Origin: Blastocatellia bacterium
GTDB lineage: Bacteria; Acidobacteriota; Blastocatellia; UBA7656
Direction of reading: 5' to 3'
Assembly (NCBI GenBank): GCA_963765495.1
Contig: CAVXWP010000001.1
Coordinates: 608,001 to 672,000 of the forward strand
DNA length: 64,000 nucleotides
The notes beneath the pieces were generated by a model, which was given only the letters and a program-made list of their open reading frames with translations, had not been told where the DNA came from and ran no database searches. How positions within the stretch are numbered: the first letter of the stretch is position 1; every line of letters starts with the position of its first letter. A program made the translations under genes and the position numbers. This document shows, in pieces, positions 21,652 through 34,235 of the stretch.

Positions 21652-23070
21652 GCCGAAGCACGTAACTTTTACTGATAGAGAAATGAGATAAACTCCATAA
21701 GTCTGCTCAAGACACTATAAACCTTTTGAAGGAGAAGACTTATGGAGCCTGACACAGTTCATTCTATCGCCAATCTCATCTTTGACGCTATGCCTGCCTC
21801 TAGCTTTAGTGACAAATCTGCCCACCAGATGGAACAACTTGTTCAGCAACTTCTGGCTTCTATCGCCAACTCCCTGATGCAGGATTTCTTATTTCCTTCC
21901 AGAATCAACCAGATTCAGCAACTTGTAGAGAGTGGTCAAATTCTCTGCAAAAGCTGTGGTTCGCTTCTTAAACTCCACAAACGTGACTGCTCGATTCATC
22001 CAAAGACGATCTTTGCCTCAAAGATTACCCTTACTCGCAATCAATACCATTGTCAGCAGTGTGACTCCTACACCATGGTCGCTGACCAGGAGCTTGAGTT
22101 GCTATCTCGGCAGATGCTGCCCCGCTTAGCTTTGATTGTTGTGATGTGTGGAGCAAGCTGGCCTTACGGCGTGGCTTCTGCCTTCCTCGATTTTTTGTTC
22201 GGCGTAGAAGTTTCGGCAAAGACCGTAGAACTTGCTACGACAGATGAGCGGCTGTTGCCTGACGAACTTGACCCTGCCCCAATGGATCAGCCTCCAGGCC
22301 TAGTGACAATGGATGGCGTTGTAATACACGGACGCAAAAAGGAGCAATGGCTTGAGATGAAAGTGGGCGAGTTTTTCTCCTCCGTTGTAGAAGTGAGCAA
22401 AGATCGTCGAGAGGTAATGGATGCAAGCTTTGTGGCCAATGCGTGCGAGCGGTGGGTGGATTTTCAAGCTCCGGTAACTGAGGAAGCCTTGCGCCGTGGG
22501 ATAGGCCCGACATCAGAGGTGGAGTTTGTCGCTGATTCAGCAGAAGGGATATGGAGTTTGTGCGATATGGTATTCCCCTGTGCGAAAAAACGACTCGATC
22601 TCTATCACGCAAAGTGCAAGGTAGGCGAGCGAAGTCGGGAGGCATACTCTGGGAGAGGAGATAAGAAACAGAGGCAGGAGAAGTTACAACAATGGCTAGA
22701 GGAAGGAGAAACAGGGCAAGCGCTAAAGTACCTGCAAAAGCATATGCCGAAGAGTGAAACGAAGAAGGAGGCAGCAAAGAAGTTAATCAGATACCTGAAA
22801 CGAAATGAAGAGAGGATAGTCAATTATGAGCAAGTAAAGGAGGAAGGAGGGACGAGAAGCAGTGGGCTTCAAGAGAAAGGAAATGACCTAATAGTAAATC
22901 GAAGGATGAAGGAAGGGATAATGCATTGGAGTAGAGAAGGAGCCAATCCAATCCTATTGCAAAGGACAGGATTCATAAACAAGTATGCGAGGGCAAGGAC
23001 AGGTCCTTACGAATTAGCTTTCTGTCAAGCCTGACTTCTTTTTCTTCCAGTAATTCTTACGTGCGTCGCC
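21652..23070 (+). mobile_element. Insertion sequence, prokaryotic Mutator-like (ISKra4/ISLre2-type), about 1.42 kb
   Basis: Imperfect TIRs GCCGAAGCACGTAACTTTTACTG / reverse complement GGCGACGCACGTAAGAATTACTG; lower GC than flanks; no target duplication visible. Confidence 0.8.
21742..23034 (+). CDS. DDE transposase (UPF0236/ISKra4-ISLre2-like)
   Basis: CxxC...CxxC zinc finger, TMDG (D), FVADSA (D), DLYH, SGLQE (E), RMK..MHWS; AAGGAG RBS. Confidence 0.85.
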   Translation: MEPDTVHSIANLIFDAMPASSFSDKSAHQMEQLVQQLLASIANSLMQDFLFPSRINQIQQLVESGQILCKSCGSLLKLHKRDCSIHPKTIFASKITLTRNQYHCQQCDSYTMVADQELELLSRQMLPRLALIVVMCGASWPYGVASAFLDFLFGVEVSAKTVELATTDERLLPDELDPAPMDQPPGLVTMDGVVIHGRKKEQWLEMKVGEFFSSVVEVSKDRREVMDASFVANACERWVDFQAPVTEEALRRGIGPTSEVEFVADSAEGIWSLCDMVFPCAKKRLDLYHAKCKVGERSREAYSGRGDKKQRQEKLQQWLEEGETGQALKYLQKHMPKSETKKEAAKKLIRYLKRNEERIVNYEQVKEEGGTRSSGLQEKGNDLIVNRRMKEGIMHWSREGANPILLQRTGFINKYARARTGPYELAFCQA

Positions 23071-23539
23071 GATGAGGAAAGGGATAGTTGACATCAACAG
23101 ACGAGTAGAAGTAAGTCGAGGGGCCAGCTCTCGTTATCTTGAAGGGCTGGCTGTAGTAGGAGAGCCAAAGCCGTCGCGCAAACTCTTCGACGAGGTCTGT
23201 AGTCGAGTGGAGGTTGAAGGGAGAAAATACAGACCGCTTCGACCGATCACTCTCGAAGAGAGCGAACTGTTCAAGGCGGTTCTCAAAGGAGAGAACCAGA
23301 TACAGGGTATTCGCAACGAAGCGATAAGAAAGCAGCTTTATGGGGAAGAAGAAAGAGATGAGCAAAAGCGTCGAAGAGCATCTGGGCGAGTGAGCAGAAA
23401 GCTGATGCTGTTGCGAGCACATGGATTGATATACCGAGTGCCGCGAACGAATTATTATCGAGTGACGAAGAAAGGGCATGAGGTTATGTCAACGGCAATA
23501 AAGTTCCGCGAAAGCGACATCGCTTTGCTGGCGGCATAA
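23071..23539 (+). pseudogene. 3' fragment of a second mobile-element-type gene (C-terminal winged-helix-like part), truncated at the IS end
   Basis: The frame begins exactly at the IS right end; MRKG..D..RR.EVS...SRYL and SRKL.LLRAHGLI.RVPRT.YYRVT.KG resemble C-termini of larger multicopy proteins (recall, not searched). Confidence 0.6.
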
Positions 23540-23576
23540 TTTCTTGCTCAAAAAACAAGAAGTTGAGACCTTGTCA

Positions 23577-23621
23577 CACAGAGACACAGAGATTTTTATA
23601 ATTCTTCTCTGTGTCTCTGTG
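23577..23621. repeat. REP-like palindrome (CACAGAG family)
   Basis: CACAGAGACACAGAGA / TCTCTGTGTCTCTGTG perfect 16-bp arms, AT-rich loop. Confidence 0.75.
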
Positions 23622-23673
23622 CCTGCGGTGGCAAATATTTTCCCTGGCTGAACAGATTAACTTTGATGGCTGG

Positions 23674-25200
23674 TTACTGTTTTGGCGCTCGCTCGTATAG
23701 CTCTGTCATCTCGCCCAGCCGGTCGCTCAGTTCTCTGGTCAGAGCGCCGGGTTTATATCGCCAGGTCCAGTTATCGTCCTGGCTCGCGGGCAGATTCATG
23801 CGCGCGGAGGAATCCAGCCCGAGCACGTCCTGAAGCGGAATGATCGCAAGATCGGCGACCGAAGCCATAATCGCTCTTATAAAGTCCCAGTTGATTTCCT
23901 TGCCGGTTGAGTCGAGGTACTTAAGGCAAAAGGCGCGCTCGTGTTCGATCTGTTCGAGATCGCGGGTCGATCCTTCGCCCGGCTTGCTTTGGAACCACCC
24001 TACGGTCGTGTCGTTGTCGTGCGTGCCGGTATAGGCCGCCACGTCCCGTATGTAATGATGCGGCAGATGCGTATTGGAACTGTCGCCGCCAAAGGCGAAT
24101 TGCAAAACGCGCATTCCGGGGAAGTGGAACTCATCGCGCAACTCTTCAACATCGGGCGTGATAGTGCCCAGGTCTTCGGCAAGTATCGGAAGCTCTCGGA
24201 ATTCTTGCTTGAGGGCTGAAAACAATTCGCGTCCGGGCACTTCGATCCATCGACCGTTTTCGGCCGTCTCGTCTGTAGCAGGAATCTCCCAGCAGGCGGC
24301 AAACCCGCGAAAATGATCTACGCGAACTATGTCTACCAGATGTAATGAGAACCGCATGCGATCAATCCACCACCTGAATCCGGTTTGTCTCATTCTGTCC
24401 CAGTCGTAGAGAGGATTGCCCCAACGCTGCCCCGTCTCGCTAAAGGCATCGGGCGGCACTCCTGACACCACCGTTGAGTTTCCCTTCTCATCGAGCCTGA
24501 ACATATCCGGGTGCGTCCAGACATCGGCCGAGTTATGGGCTACGAAGATGGGCATATCGCCGATGATTTTTATCCCGTGTTTGTTGGCATATGATTTAAG
24601 CTCAAGCCACTGTTTGAAGAAGAGATATTGAAAGAATTTGTGCGCCCGGATGCGGTCGCTTAGCTCGTGGCGTGCGCTCTCAATCGCTCCCTTGTCGCGG
24701 CGAATAAGGTCCGGTTCCCACTCGTTCCAGACATCGCTTGAGCGCGATTCCTGAAGGGCGCGAAACAGCGCGTAATCCTCAAGCCAGGCCGAAGCGTAGC
24801 GGCTGAAGTTTTCAAAATCATCACTCAAGTGGTTATTGTTTCCGCGCTTGAAAGCCTTATAAGCCTTTTCAAGCAACTGATTTTTGTACTCGATTGCCTT
24901 GCCGAAATCGACGCGGTCGGCAGATGTTTTCGGGGCGCTGGCTGTATCGCTCTTTGATAAAAGTCTGTCGCCTGCCAGACGGTCCGGGTTTATGAGCAGC
25001 GTGTTTCCGGCAAAGGCCGAGAAGGATTGATAAGGTGAGTTGCCGTAACCGGGCGGGCTGAGCGGCAATATCTGCCAGAGGCTTTGCTTGCTTTCGGAAA
25101 GAAAATTTACGAAATCATAGGCATCGCGTCCCAGATCGCCTGCGCCGCAAGGGCCGGGAAACGACGTGGGATGCAGGAGTATTCCGCACGATCTCTTCAT
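23674..25200 (-). CDS. malQ: 4-alpha-glucanotransferase (GH77)
   Basis: GILLHPTS, WQILPL, GDMPIFV, GVPPDAFS, RVDHFRG, AEDLG, YTGTHDN. Confidence 0.96.
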   Translation of the reverse strand: MKRSCGILLHPTSFPGPCGAGDLGRDAYDFVNFLSESKQSLWQILPLSPPGYGNSPYQSFSAFAGNTLLINPDRLAGDRLLSKSDTASAPKTSADRVDFGKAIEYKNQLLEKAYKAFKRGNNNHLSDDFENFSRYASAWLEDYALFRALQESRSSDVWNEWEPDLIRRDKGAIESARHELSDRIRAHKFFQYLFFKQWLELKSYANKHGIKIIGDMPIFVAHNSADVWTHPDMFRLDEKGNSTVVSGVPPDAFSETGQRWGNPLYDWDRMRQTGFRWWIDRMRFSLHLVDIVRVDHFRGFAACWEIPATDETAENGRWIEVPGRELFSALKQEFRELPILAEDLGTITPDVEELRDEFHFPGMRVLQFAFGGDSSNTHLPHHYIRDVAAYTGTHDNDTTVGWFQSKPGEGSTRDLEQIEHERAFCLKYLDSTGKEINWDFIRAIMASVADLAIIPLQDVLGLDSSARMNLPASQDDNWTWRYKPGALTRELSDRLGEMTELYERAPKQ

Positions 25201-25286
25201 TCAAATCCTCAAATAGATAATTATGACGGGCAAGAGAACTGATTTGACGCGCCGAAACCGGGAGCCGAAATCAGGGGCCGAGCGGA

Positions 25287-25535
25287 TCAGGCTATGCCTG
25301 CGCCTCGCGTTTTTATCGTAGTTAAAAGTGCTTTCTTACTGGAGGATTTTAACTGGCGCAATTCTCGCAAGGCTCCTATCTCCTGGCTCAACTGCCGCAG
25401 CAGTGACATCTCCCTGCTCAATGATTTTACATCCTTCCTGAGGTCGGACTTCAGGGTCTGTATTTTCCTTGTCCTAGCATCGATCAAACGATCCAGAGCG
25501 ACAAGCTCTTCAACGGGGAATCTATTCTCTTTCAT
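25287..25535 (-). CDS. Small basic coiled-coil hypothetical protein
   Basis: 82-aa MKENRFP... with GAGGT RBS; heptad-like Leu pattern; co-oriented upstream of malQ. Confidence 0.55.
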   Translation of the reverse strand: MKENRFPVEELVALDRLIDARTRKIQTLKSDLRKDVKSLSREMSLLRQLSQEIGALRELRQLKSSSKKALLTTIKTRGAGIA

Positions 25536-25967
25536 GCTGCACCTCTTATGCCGATGCTGAAACATACGGCGTCCACAAACTGACTGGATTCTACCACACT
25601 TATTATAGCTATTGTCATCAATCCTAATCCCAGCAAGAAATATTCCACAGTTTTCGAGCAGAGCCGTTTTATTTTTCAATAGTCTTTTTGGCATTTGCGG
25701 CCCGCGAGAGGCTGCCACATACAAAGACGCTAAAAAACTGCAAAGCCTTTCATAAGGTATCAGTCCTTCCAACAGGACATGGCCGGATCATTTAAAAACC
25801 AAACGGCCCCAATCAGGCAAACCTGCCCCGTTCACTTACGCCGTTATTGCTCTTTACATTTGGCCGCATCATGGTGCACGCTATTTTCAGGCCGATCCAA
25901 CCGGCTTTGTGGATTGCTTGATACTATATCTCGCGCAAGCGGCCTCGTGGCCGCCTACTTTTAATTA

Positions 25968-27914
25968 ATGCCAAAAAACAATAAAGCGAATACGCGCAGG
26001 CGGGCGTCAGCCGGGAAGCTCTCTGTGGGGGCCGAGGTATTGTCTGACGGTGGGGTTCGTTTCCGCGTATGGGCCTCAGGGTGCAAGAAGGTAGAAGTAG
26101 TAGTCGAAAACAAGACCGAATCTGGGCCGGGCCGATTGCCTCTGGCCGTTGAGTTGGAACCGGAAGCCGGTGGCTACTTTTCGGGTTTCCTACCCGAAGC
26201 AGGCGCGGGTGCTCTTTACAGATACAGGCTCGATTCCGGCGATGATCTTTATCCCGACCCTGCCTCGCGGTTTCAGCCCGAAGGTCCGCACGGGCCTTCT
26301 GAGGTCATTGACCCCAGCCTGTTTAAGTGGACCGACACAAAGTGGGGGGGCGCTCGCATTGATGGTCAGGTGATCTATGAAATGCACATCGGCACATTCA
26401 CCGAAGAGGGCACGTGGGAGGCCGCTACGCGTGAGCTCGACGAGCTTGCCGAGCTTGGCATAACTGCAATCGAGGTCATGCCGGTTCACGAATTCCCCGG
26501 TCGGTTCGGGTGGGGATACGACGGCGTAGACCTGTTTGCGCCGACTCGTCTCTACGGCGTGCCTGATGATTTTCGCCGCTTCGTTGACCGCGCGCACGGG
26601 GCAGGGATCGCCGTGATTCTGGATGTCGTTTACAACCACCTGGGGCCGGACGGCAATTATCTCAAACAGTTTTCCGAGAATTATTTTTCAAAAGAGTACG
26701 ACACGGACTGGGGCGAAGCCATAAACTTCGATGGGGAAAATTCCGAACCGGTGCGCGAATTTTTCATCTCTAACGCCTGTTACTGGATCACGGAATTTCA
26801 TCTGGACGGGTTACGCATTGATGCCACGCAAAATATTTACGACAAATCGGACGACCATATCCTCGGAGTTCTCACGCGTCGGGCCAGAGAGGCGGCCGGG
26901 AAGCGAGCCATCTTTGTCGTAGGCGAAAACGAGCCCCAACAGGCGAAGCTGCTCAGAAAACCGGAAGAGGGCGGTTACGGGCTTGACGCGCTCTGGAACG
27001 ACGATTTCCATCATACGGCGATGGTCTTTTTGACGGGACGCCGGGAAGCCTACTACACCGATTACACGGGCACGCCGCAGGAATTTATCTCGGCGGCAAA
27101 ATGGGGATTTCTCTATCAGGGACAGCGCTACAAATGGCAAAAACAGAGACGCGGGACTCCTACGTTCGGGCTGGCCCCCTCTGCTTTTATCAATTTCATA
27201 CAGAATCACGATCAGGTAGCAAACTCTGCGCGAGGCGACCGCGTGCATCGCCTGACGGGTCCGGGGCTCTATCGCGCGATGACCGCTCTGATGCTGCTTA
27301 TGCCGGGAACGCCCATGCTGTTTCAGGGGCAGGAATTCGCCGCATCGAGCCCGTTTCAATACTTTGCCGATCACGCGCCCGAGCTTGCCAAACTTGTGAC
27401 GCGTGGCCGCCTAAAGTTCCTCTCTCAGTTTCGGAGCCTCGCGCTCGAAGAGATGCACGCGGGGATTGATGAGATGGCCCCAAACGATCTGGAGACCTTT
27501 ACGCGCTCGAAGCTCGATTTCGCGGAGCGCGAGCGCCACAAAGAGATTTATGAAATGCACCGCGACCTGCTCGGGCTGCGTCAAAACGACGCGGTATTCA
27601 GCGCGCAGAAAAAGGGCGCGCTTGACGGGGCGGTGCTCGGGGCCGAGGCGTTTGTCTTGCGCTTCTTCGGGGAGGGCGGAGACGACCGGCTTCTGATTGT
27701 AAATCTCGGCGAAGACATGCGTTTTGACCCGGCCCCCGAACCATTGCTTGCGCCGCCCGAAGAGAAGAGGTGGCAGGCAATCTGGTCCAGCGAAGACCCT
27801 CGATATGGAGGGTTGGGAACGCCTCCGCTCGATACGAAAAAGAACTGGCAACTTCCGGGGCGTTCGGCTGTCGCCCTTCGGGCAATACAGAGGGAGGATG
27901 AAGAAAATGAATGA
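25968..27914 (+). CDS. treZ: Malto-oligosyltrehalose trehalohydrolase (GH13)
   Basis: PDPASRFQPEGPHG, YEMHIGTF, WGYDGV, DVVYNH, LRIDA, QNHDQ. Confidence 0.9.
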   Translation: MPKNNKANTRRRASAGKLSVGAEVLSDGGVRFRVWASGCKKVEVVVENKTESGPGRLPLAVELEPEAGGYFSGFLPEAGAGALYRYRLDSGDDLYPDPASRFQPEGPHGPSEVIDPSLFKWTDTKWGGARIDGQVIYEMHIGTFTEEGTWEAATRELDELAELGITAIEVMPVHEFPGRFGWGYDGVDLFAPTRLYGVPDDFRRFVDRAHGAGIAVILDVVYNHLGPDGNYLKQFSENYFSKEYDTDWGEAINFDGENSEPVREFFISNACYWITEFHLDGLRIDATQNIYDKSDDHILGVLTRRAREAAGKRAIFVVGENEPQQAKLLRKPEEGGYGLDALWNDDFHHTAMVFLTGRREAYYTDYTGTPQEFISAAKWGFLYQGQRYKWQKQRRGTPTFGLAPSAFINFIQNHDQVANSARGDRVHRLTGPGLYRAMTALMLLMPGTPMLFQGQEFAASSPFQYFADHAPELAKLVTRGRLKFLSQFRSLALEEMHAGIDEMAPNDLETFTRSKLDFAERERHKEIYEMHRDLLGLRQNDAVFSAQKKGALDGAVLGAEAFVLRFFGEGGDDRLLIVNLGEDMRFDPAPEPLLAPPEEKRWQAIWSSEDPRYGGLGTPPLDTKKNWQLPGRSAVALRAIQREDEENE

Positions 27915-29952
27915 AGTGATTCACAAAGTGCCTCTCAAAGAGGCAAGCGAGGATGGATCAGATCCGCTGGTCTCACGTGAATGGCTGGTAACGAACGGGC
28001 TTGGGGGGTACGCTTCGGGGACGATTTCAGGCGTCCTGACGCGGCGGTTTCATGGGATGCTCGTAGCCTCGCTGCCCGCGCCGTTCGGTCGAATGATGAT
28101 GCTCAACAAGGTTTCGGAGCGGGTCCATCTGTCGGATGGTTCGACTATCCGGCTCGACGGAGAAGACCACATTGATAAATCCTTAAACCTGTATGATGCG
28201 AAATATCTGACCGGGTTCCGGCTCGAAATGGGGTTGCCCGTCTGGCGCTATGAAATCGAAGGCACGATTCTGGAAAAGCGCGTCCTTCTACCTTACAAGC
28301 AAAACACCGTCTATATCACCTACACCATGCTTGCCGGAGACGGCAAAATAAGGCTTGAACTGCACCCGGCTGTTCAGTTTCGCCCGCACGAAGGAAGGTT
28401 GGACGTGAAGACGCAGAAGCCCTACCGGCTGGCGATAGTCGAGGATCGTTATGAGTTGTCAAGCGACGCTCAATTGCCGTCGCTCAGGATGCAGATTTAC
28501 TCCAAGCAGGAAGCCTTCACATTTTCTAGAAAGCATATACGCGACCTGTGTTATCAAAGGGAGCAGAGCAGGGGGTACGATTACACTGGCGATCTGTGGA
28601 GCCCGGGTTATTTCCACGCGGAGCTTAGCGAAGGGAGCGCCGCGACGCTCGTAGCCTCTACCGAAGAATGGGAGACCATTCATGCCATGCCGCCAAGCGA
28701 GGCGTTTGATTCCGAGTGCGAACGCCGCCGCCAGTTGCTCAGCGCGGCGCACGTGAAGGCTCAGGAGGGAACGGCCGCCGAACTTGTGTTTGCCGCCGAC
28801 CAGTTCTTGATAACCCCCGCCGGTCGCGTGGAAGACGCGGCGCGCGCTCACGCTTCAGGCGAAGAGTTACGCTCGGTCATAGCCGGTTACCACTGGTTCA
28901 CCGACTGGGGCCGCGACACCATGATCAGCCTCGAAGGGCTGACGCTTGTGACCGGACGCCAGAAGGAGGCCAACTGGATACTGCGCACCTTCGCGCATTA
29001 CATCCGCGACGGCCTGATCCCGAATATGTTCCCCGAAGGCGAAAAGCAGGGCCTATATCACACGGCTGATGCCACGCTCTGGTTCTTTCACGCGATGTCG
29101 CGCTACGTCGCCTCCACAGGTGATCGAGAGACTTTGCGAGTGCTGCTTCCTCGCCTGATAGAGATCATAGACCATCATCTGAAAGGCACGCGCTTTGGCA
29201 TCAAGGTAGACCCGAGTGACGGGTTGTTGACTCAGGGCGAGGAGGGCTATCAACTTACGTGGATGGATGCCAAGGTCGGCGATTGGGTAGTGACTCCGCG
29301 CCGGGGCAAGGCCGTCGAGATAAACGCGCTGTGGTACAACGCCTTGAGATGTGTGGAAGAGTGGGTGCGCGAAGCGCAGAATGAAGATAAGGCGCGTCCC
29401 TTTGCCGAGCACGCCGACCGCGTCCTCAGATCGTTCAACGAGCGATTCTGGTATGAGGAAGGCGGGTACCTTTACGACCTGATTGACGGCGAGCACGGAG
29501 ATGATCCCGCCTTACGACCGAATCAGATATTTGCCCTATCGCTCCCTTACGCGATTCTCGACCGCGAGCATTGGGAGCCGGTCGTAGAGATCGTGCGCAA
29601 ACAATTGCTCACACCTGTCGGGCTCCGCTCGCTCGCGCCGGGGCACGCGGATTACAAGTCCACTTATGACGGCGACCTTCACGCGCGCGATGCGGCCTAT
29701 CATCAGGGAACGGTGTGGGGATGGCTGATCGGCCCGTTCATTGACGCGTGGCTCAAACTGCACCCGGAAGACATCAAGGGCGCAAGAGAGATGCTCGAAG
29801 GATTCGTGCCTCATCTGGATGAATTCGGCGTAGGCTCGATAGCCGAAATCTTCGACGCCGAACCGCCTTATCATCCGCGCGGCTGTATCGCTCAGGCATG
29901 GAGCATAGCCGAAGTGCTCCGTTGCTGGGTGAAAACGACAACTGAGGGATGA
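27907..29952 (+). CDS. Glycogen debranching enzyme / amylo-alpha-1,6-glucosidase
   Basis: EWLVTNGLGGYASG, AGYHWFTDWGRDT, TWMDAK, YHQGTVW, QAWS; start overlaps the treZ end. Confidence 0.93.
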   Translation: MNEVIHKVPLKEASEDGSDPLVSREWLVTNGLGGYASGTISGVLTRRFHGMLVASLPAPFGRMMMLNKVSERVHLSDGSTIRLDGEDHIDKSLNLYDAKYLTGFRLEMGLPVWRYEIEGTILEKRVLLPYKQNTVYITYTMLAGDGKIRLELHPAVQFRPHEGRLDVKTQKPYRLAIVEDRYELSSDAQLPSLRMQIYSKQEAFTFSRKHIRDLCYQREQSRGYDYTGDLWSPGYFHAELSEGSAATLVASTEEWETIHAMPPSEAFDSECERRRQLLSAAHVKAQEGTAAELVFAADQFLITPAGRVEDAARAHASGEELRSVIAGYHWFTDWGRDTMISLEGLTLVTGRQKEANWILRTFAHYIRDGLIPNMFPEGEKQGLYHTADATLWFFHAMSRYVASTGDRETLRVLLPRLIEIIDHHLKGTRFGIKVDPSDGLLTQGEEGYQLTWMDAKVGDWVVTPRRGKAVEINALWYNALRCVEEWVREAQNEDKARPFAEHADRVLRSFNERFWYEEGGYLYDLIDGEHGDDPALRPNQIFALSLPYAILDREHWEPVVEIVRKQLLTPVGLRSLAPGHADYKSTYDGDLHARDAAYHQGTVWGWLIGPFIDAWLKLHPEDIKGAREMLEGFVPHLDEFGVGSIAEIFDAEPPYHPRGCIAQAWSIAEVLRCWVKTTTEG

Positions 29953-30047
29953 GGGATGAAAAGGACTGTCAGGATAGATTTCGATGATATGGTCAATCCC
30001 ATTAATCGGGATGTTTCCCCAGAGTCCTTTTCATCCCTCATCCCTCA
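29943..30047. repeat. (GAGGGAT)n heptamer inverted repeat covering both convergent stop codons
   Basis: Perfect 25-bp arms at 29943-29967 and 30023-30047. Confidence 0.8.
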
Positions 30048-31496
30048 TCCCTTCGTATGCGCTTGTATCCAGTCGCCTATAACTTTGAGGGCAAGCGGAG
30101 AGATCGTCTCTTCGATTGAGGAGTATTCGACGGGCGAGCCGGTTTTACTGGTCTGGAACAGATGATTGAGGTTTGGAAGTTTTACCAGAGTGTAATCGTT
30201 GTTGCCGCCGTCTTCGAGGGCCTTCGAGATAGCGGGCAGGTTTGCGCTGGGAGGAACCTGTAAATCCTTAGCGCCGTTTATCGCAAGGACCGGGCATTTC
30301 ACTTTCATGAGTGTGGGGCGCGGGTCGTAGGTGAGGAAGTATTGAAACCACGGCGTGAGAAGAGTCTTCAGATTGTTTTCAAGCGAGCTTTCGGAGATGC
30401 CCATCTTCTTCTTTTCCTCTTCGGTCATTGTGGCCATATCGGCAAGCGTCTTTTCGCGTATCTTCTTTTCAGCGACTTTCAAATCCTTCTCCTGTTTCAT
30501 CACCGAGAAGATTTTTTCCTGCGCCTGACGAGAGCGAGCTACGACCTCGTCGCTTGCGCCGTTTGCTTTTGCGATCAATTCGCCCTGAAGATAGAGAATC
30601 TCTTCGCCGGTTATGCCGGGTCCGGCCATCAGAATTATGAACGCGACATCTGCCGATTTTACGGCCACAATCGGCGCGATTATTCCGCCTTCGCTATGGC
30701 CCAGAATTCCAATCCGGTGGTTGTTTATCTCTTTACGGCTCTTGAGAAACTCTACGCCCGCAAGCGCGTCGCCCGCGAAATCCTGGCTTGTGGCTTCTCG
30801 GAAATTGCCGGTTGATTTGCCGACCCCGCGATCATCCACGCGAAGAACCGCTATCCCGAGGCGGGTCAGGTAATCAGCCAGCACGAGGAACGGGCGATGT
30901 CCCAGCACGGTTTCGTTGCGGTCCTGAGGGCCGGAACCTGTGACGAGAAGGACCGCCGGAAACGGTCCCTGGGAGCGCGGCAAGGTCAACGTTCCGGCAA
31001 GTGTCACTCCGGCCTCCTTGTTTTCGTATGCCACCTCTTCTTCCAGATAGGGGTAAGGCTTTTTCGGTTCCTGCGGGCGGGCAAACTCAACCGCCTTGCC
31101 GCTTTCGGAAGCGAGTTTGCGTTCGAGCTTGAAGGGAAAGGTCTGACCACCCTGTGTGAAATTCCCTGAAATCGCTTTGCCGTCTTCGGCAAGCCTTCCG
31201 CTAAAGGACGGATCGCCGGGAACTCCCGGCATGACGAAAGATATTTGTTTGTCTTCGACGGTGATCTGGCCGAGCGCGAAGTCTTTAAGCCCCTGGGCGG
31301 GAACGGCTATGGTGCCTGTCCACGCGCCCTCTTTTTGAGCCAGGTCAACCAGGATGTCGAGCTTGAGGCTGGGAACCTCTATCTGACCTTCCCAGTGTCC
31401 GGCTGCTGCGGGCGGATTTTGCGCAAGAACGCCAAGCGGCGCTTGCCCTATTAATAAGATCAGGATCGCCAGTCGCGGTAAAAAGTGCTTCGTCAT
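30045..31496 (-). CDS. Secreted alpha/beta-fold hydrolase
   Basis: Signal peptide; GSGPQDRNE, DDRGVG, GHSEG nucleophile, KDLQV, LNHLFQ. Confidence 0.92.
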   Translation of the reverse strand: MTKHFLPRLAILILLIGQAPLGVLAQNPPAAAGHWEGQIEVPSLKLDILVDLAQKEGAWTGTIAVPAQGLKDFALGQITVEDKQISFVMPGVPGDPSFSGRLAEDGKAISGNFTQGGQTFPFKLERKLASESGKAVEFARPQEPKKPYPYLEEEVAYENKEAGVTLAGTLTLPRSQGPFPAVLLVTGSGPQDRNETVLGHRPFLVLADYLTRLGIAVLRVDDRGVGKSTGNFREATSQDFAGDALAGVEFLKSRKEINNHRIGILGHSEGGIIAPIVAVKSADVAFIILMAGPGITGEEILYLQGELIAKANGASDEVVARSRQAQEKIFSVMKQEKDLKVAEKKIREKTLADMATMTEEEKKKMGISESSLENNLKTLLTPWFQYFLTYDPRPTLMKVKCPVLAINGAKDLQVPPSANLPAISKALEDGGNNDYTLVKLPNLNHLFQTSKTGSPVEYSSIEETISPLALKVIGDWIQAHTKG

Positions 31497-31985
31497 TCTC
31501 AACTCCTGTCATGGTTTGATTGCTGTCTTTAGATTTCTATCATCCGGGCTCGCCGATTGGTAGAGCGCGGCAGAGGTTTGAGTGTGACGCGAGCGGCTTA
31601 ATAAGCTGAAAGGCGGTTGATCACAGAAGAGGTCGGGCTGCGCGCTAATTCTCCAATTAAACATTTTGCGTCTGCCGGACCATGTGCTATTATCCGTTCA
31701 GTTTCGCCACATCTGTATATATGGCGCAACCGTTTGGAGGCTGAATCGGGGCGGTTCGAGCAAGAAACGCTTGCCGGTAGAATTAACTCGATCAATCAAG
31801 CAGCCGCCTGGAAGTAATCTCGAATTTAATGGCTACGGTACCCCTCGCCAACTAATGATGAGTAAATCGGCGTGGCTTGCGGTTTGCCGGGCAAGTAACC
31901 GCTGTTTTGAGTGCCCGAATTTTCAAAGTATAGTAGAATAATTGTGCCCGAAGTTAGAATTGGCCCGCGCGAGGAGTTTAAGAAG

Positions 31986-33992
<2,007 letters not shown>

Positions 33993-34235
33993 AACTCATT
34001 CTCGATTGAAGGCGTTGAAACAGACTCTCCCGTCCCTTTGCCCCGGTAAATGTCAGCCCGGTTTTCTCGAATTCATAAATTCGCGTGTTGTTGACAGCCG
34101 GTGAGTATATAATAATCGGGCCGACAGGTGAGTTCATCTGATTTGAAATCAACGCTATGGCATCGTTACAATCCAATAAATGAGATGCTTCCGTAGACAC
34201 AGATAGTTTCGGCAATTAAGGAGGCTTATCAAATC

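Noticed and set aside
25968-27914. treZ without an adjacent treY as a novel pathway
   Set aside because: Split glycogen/trehalose loci are common; treY may lie elsewhere in the genome.
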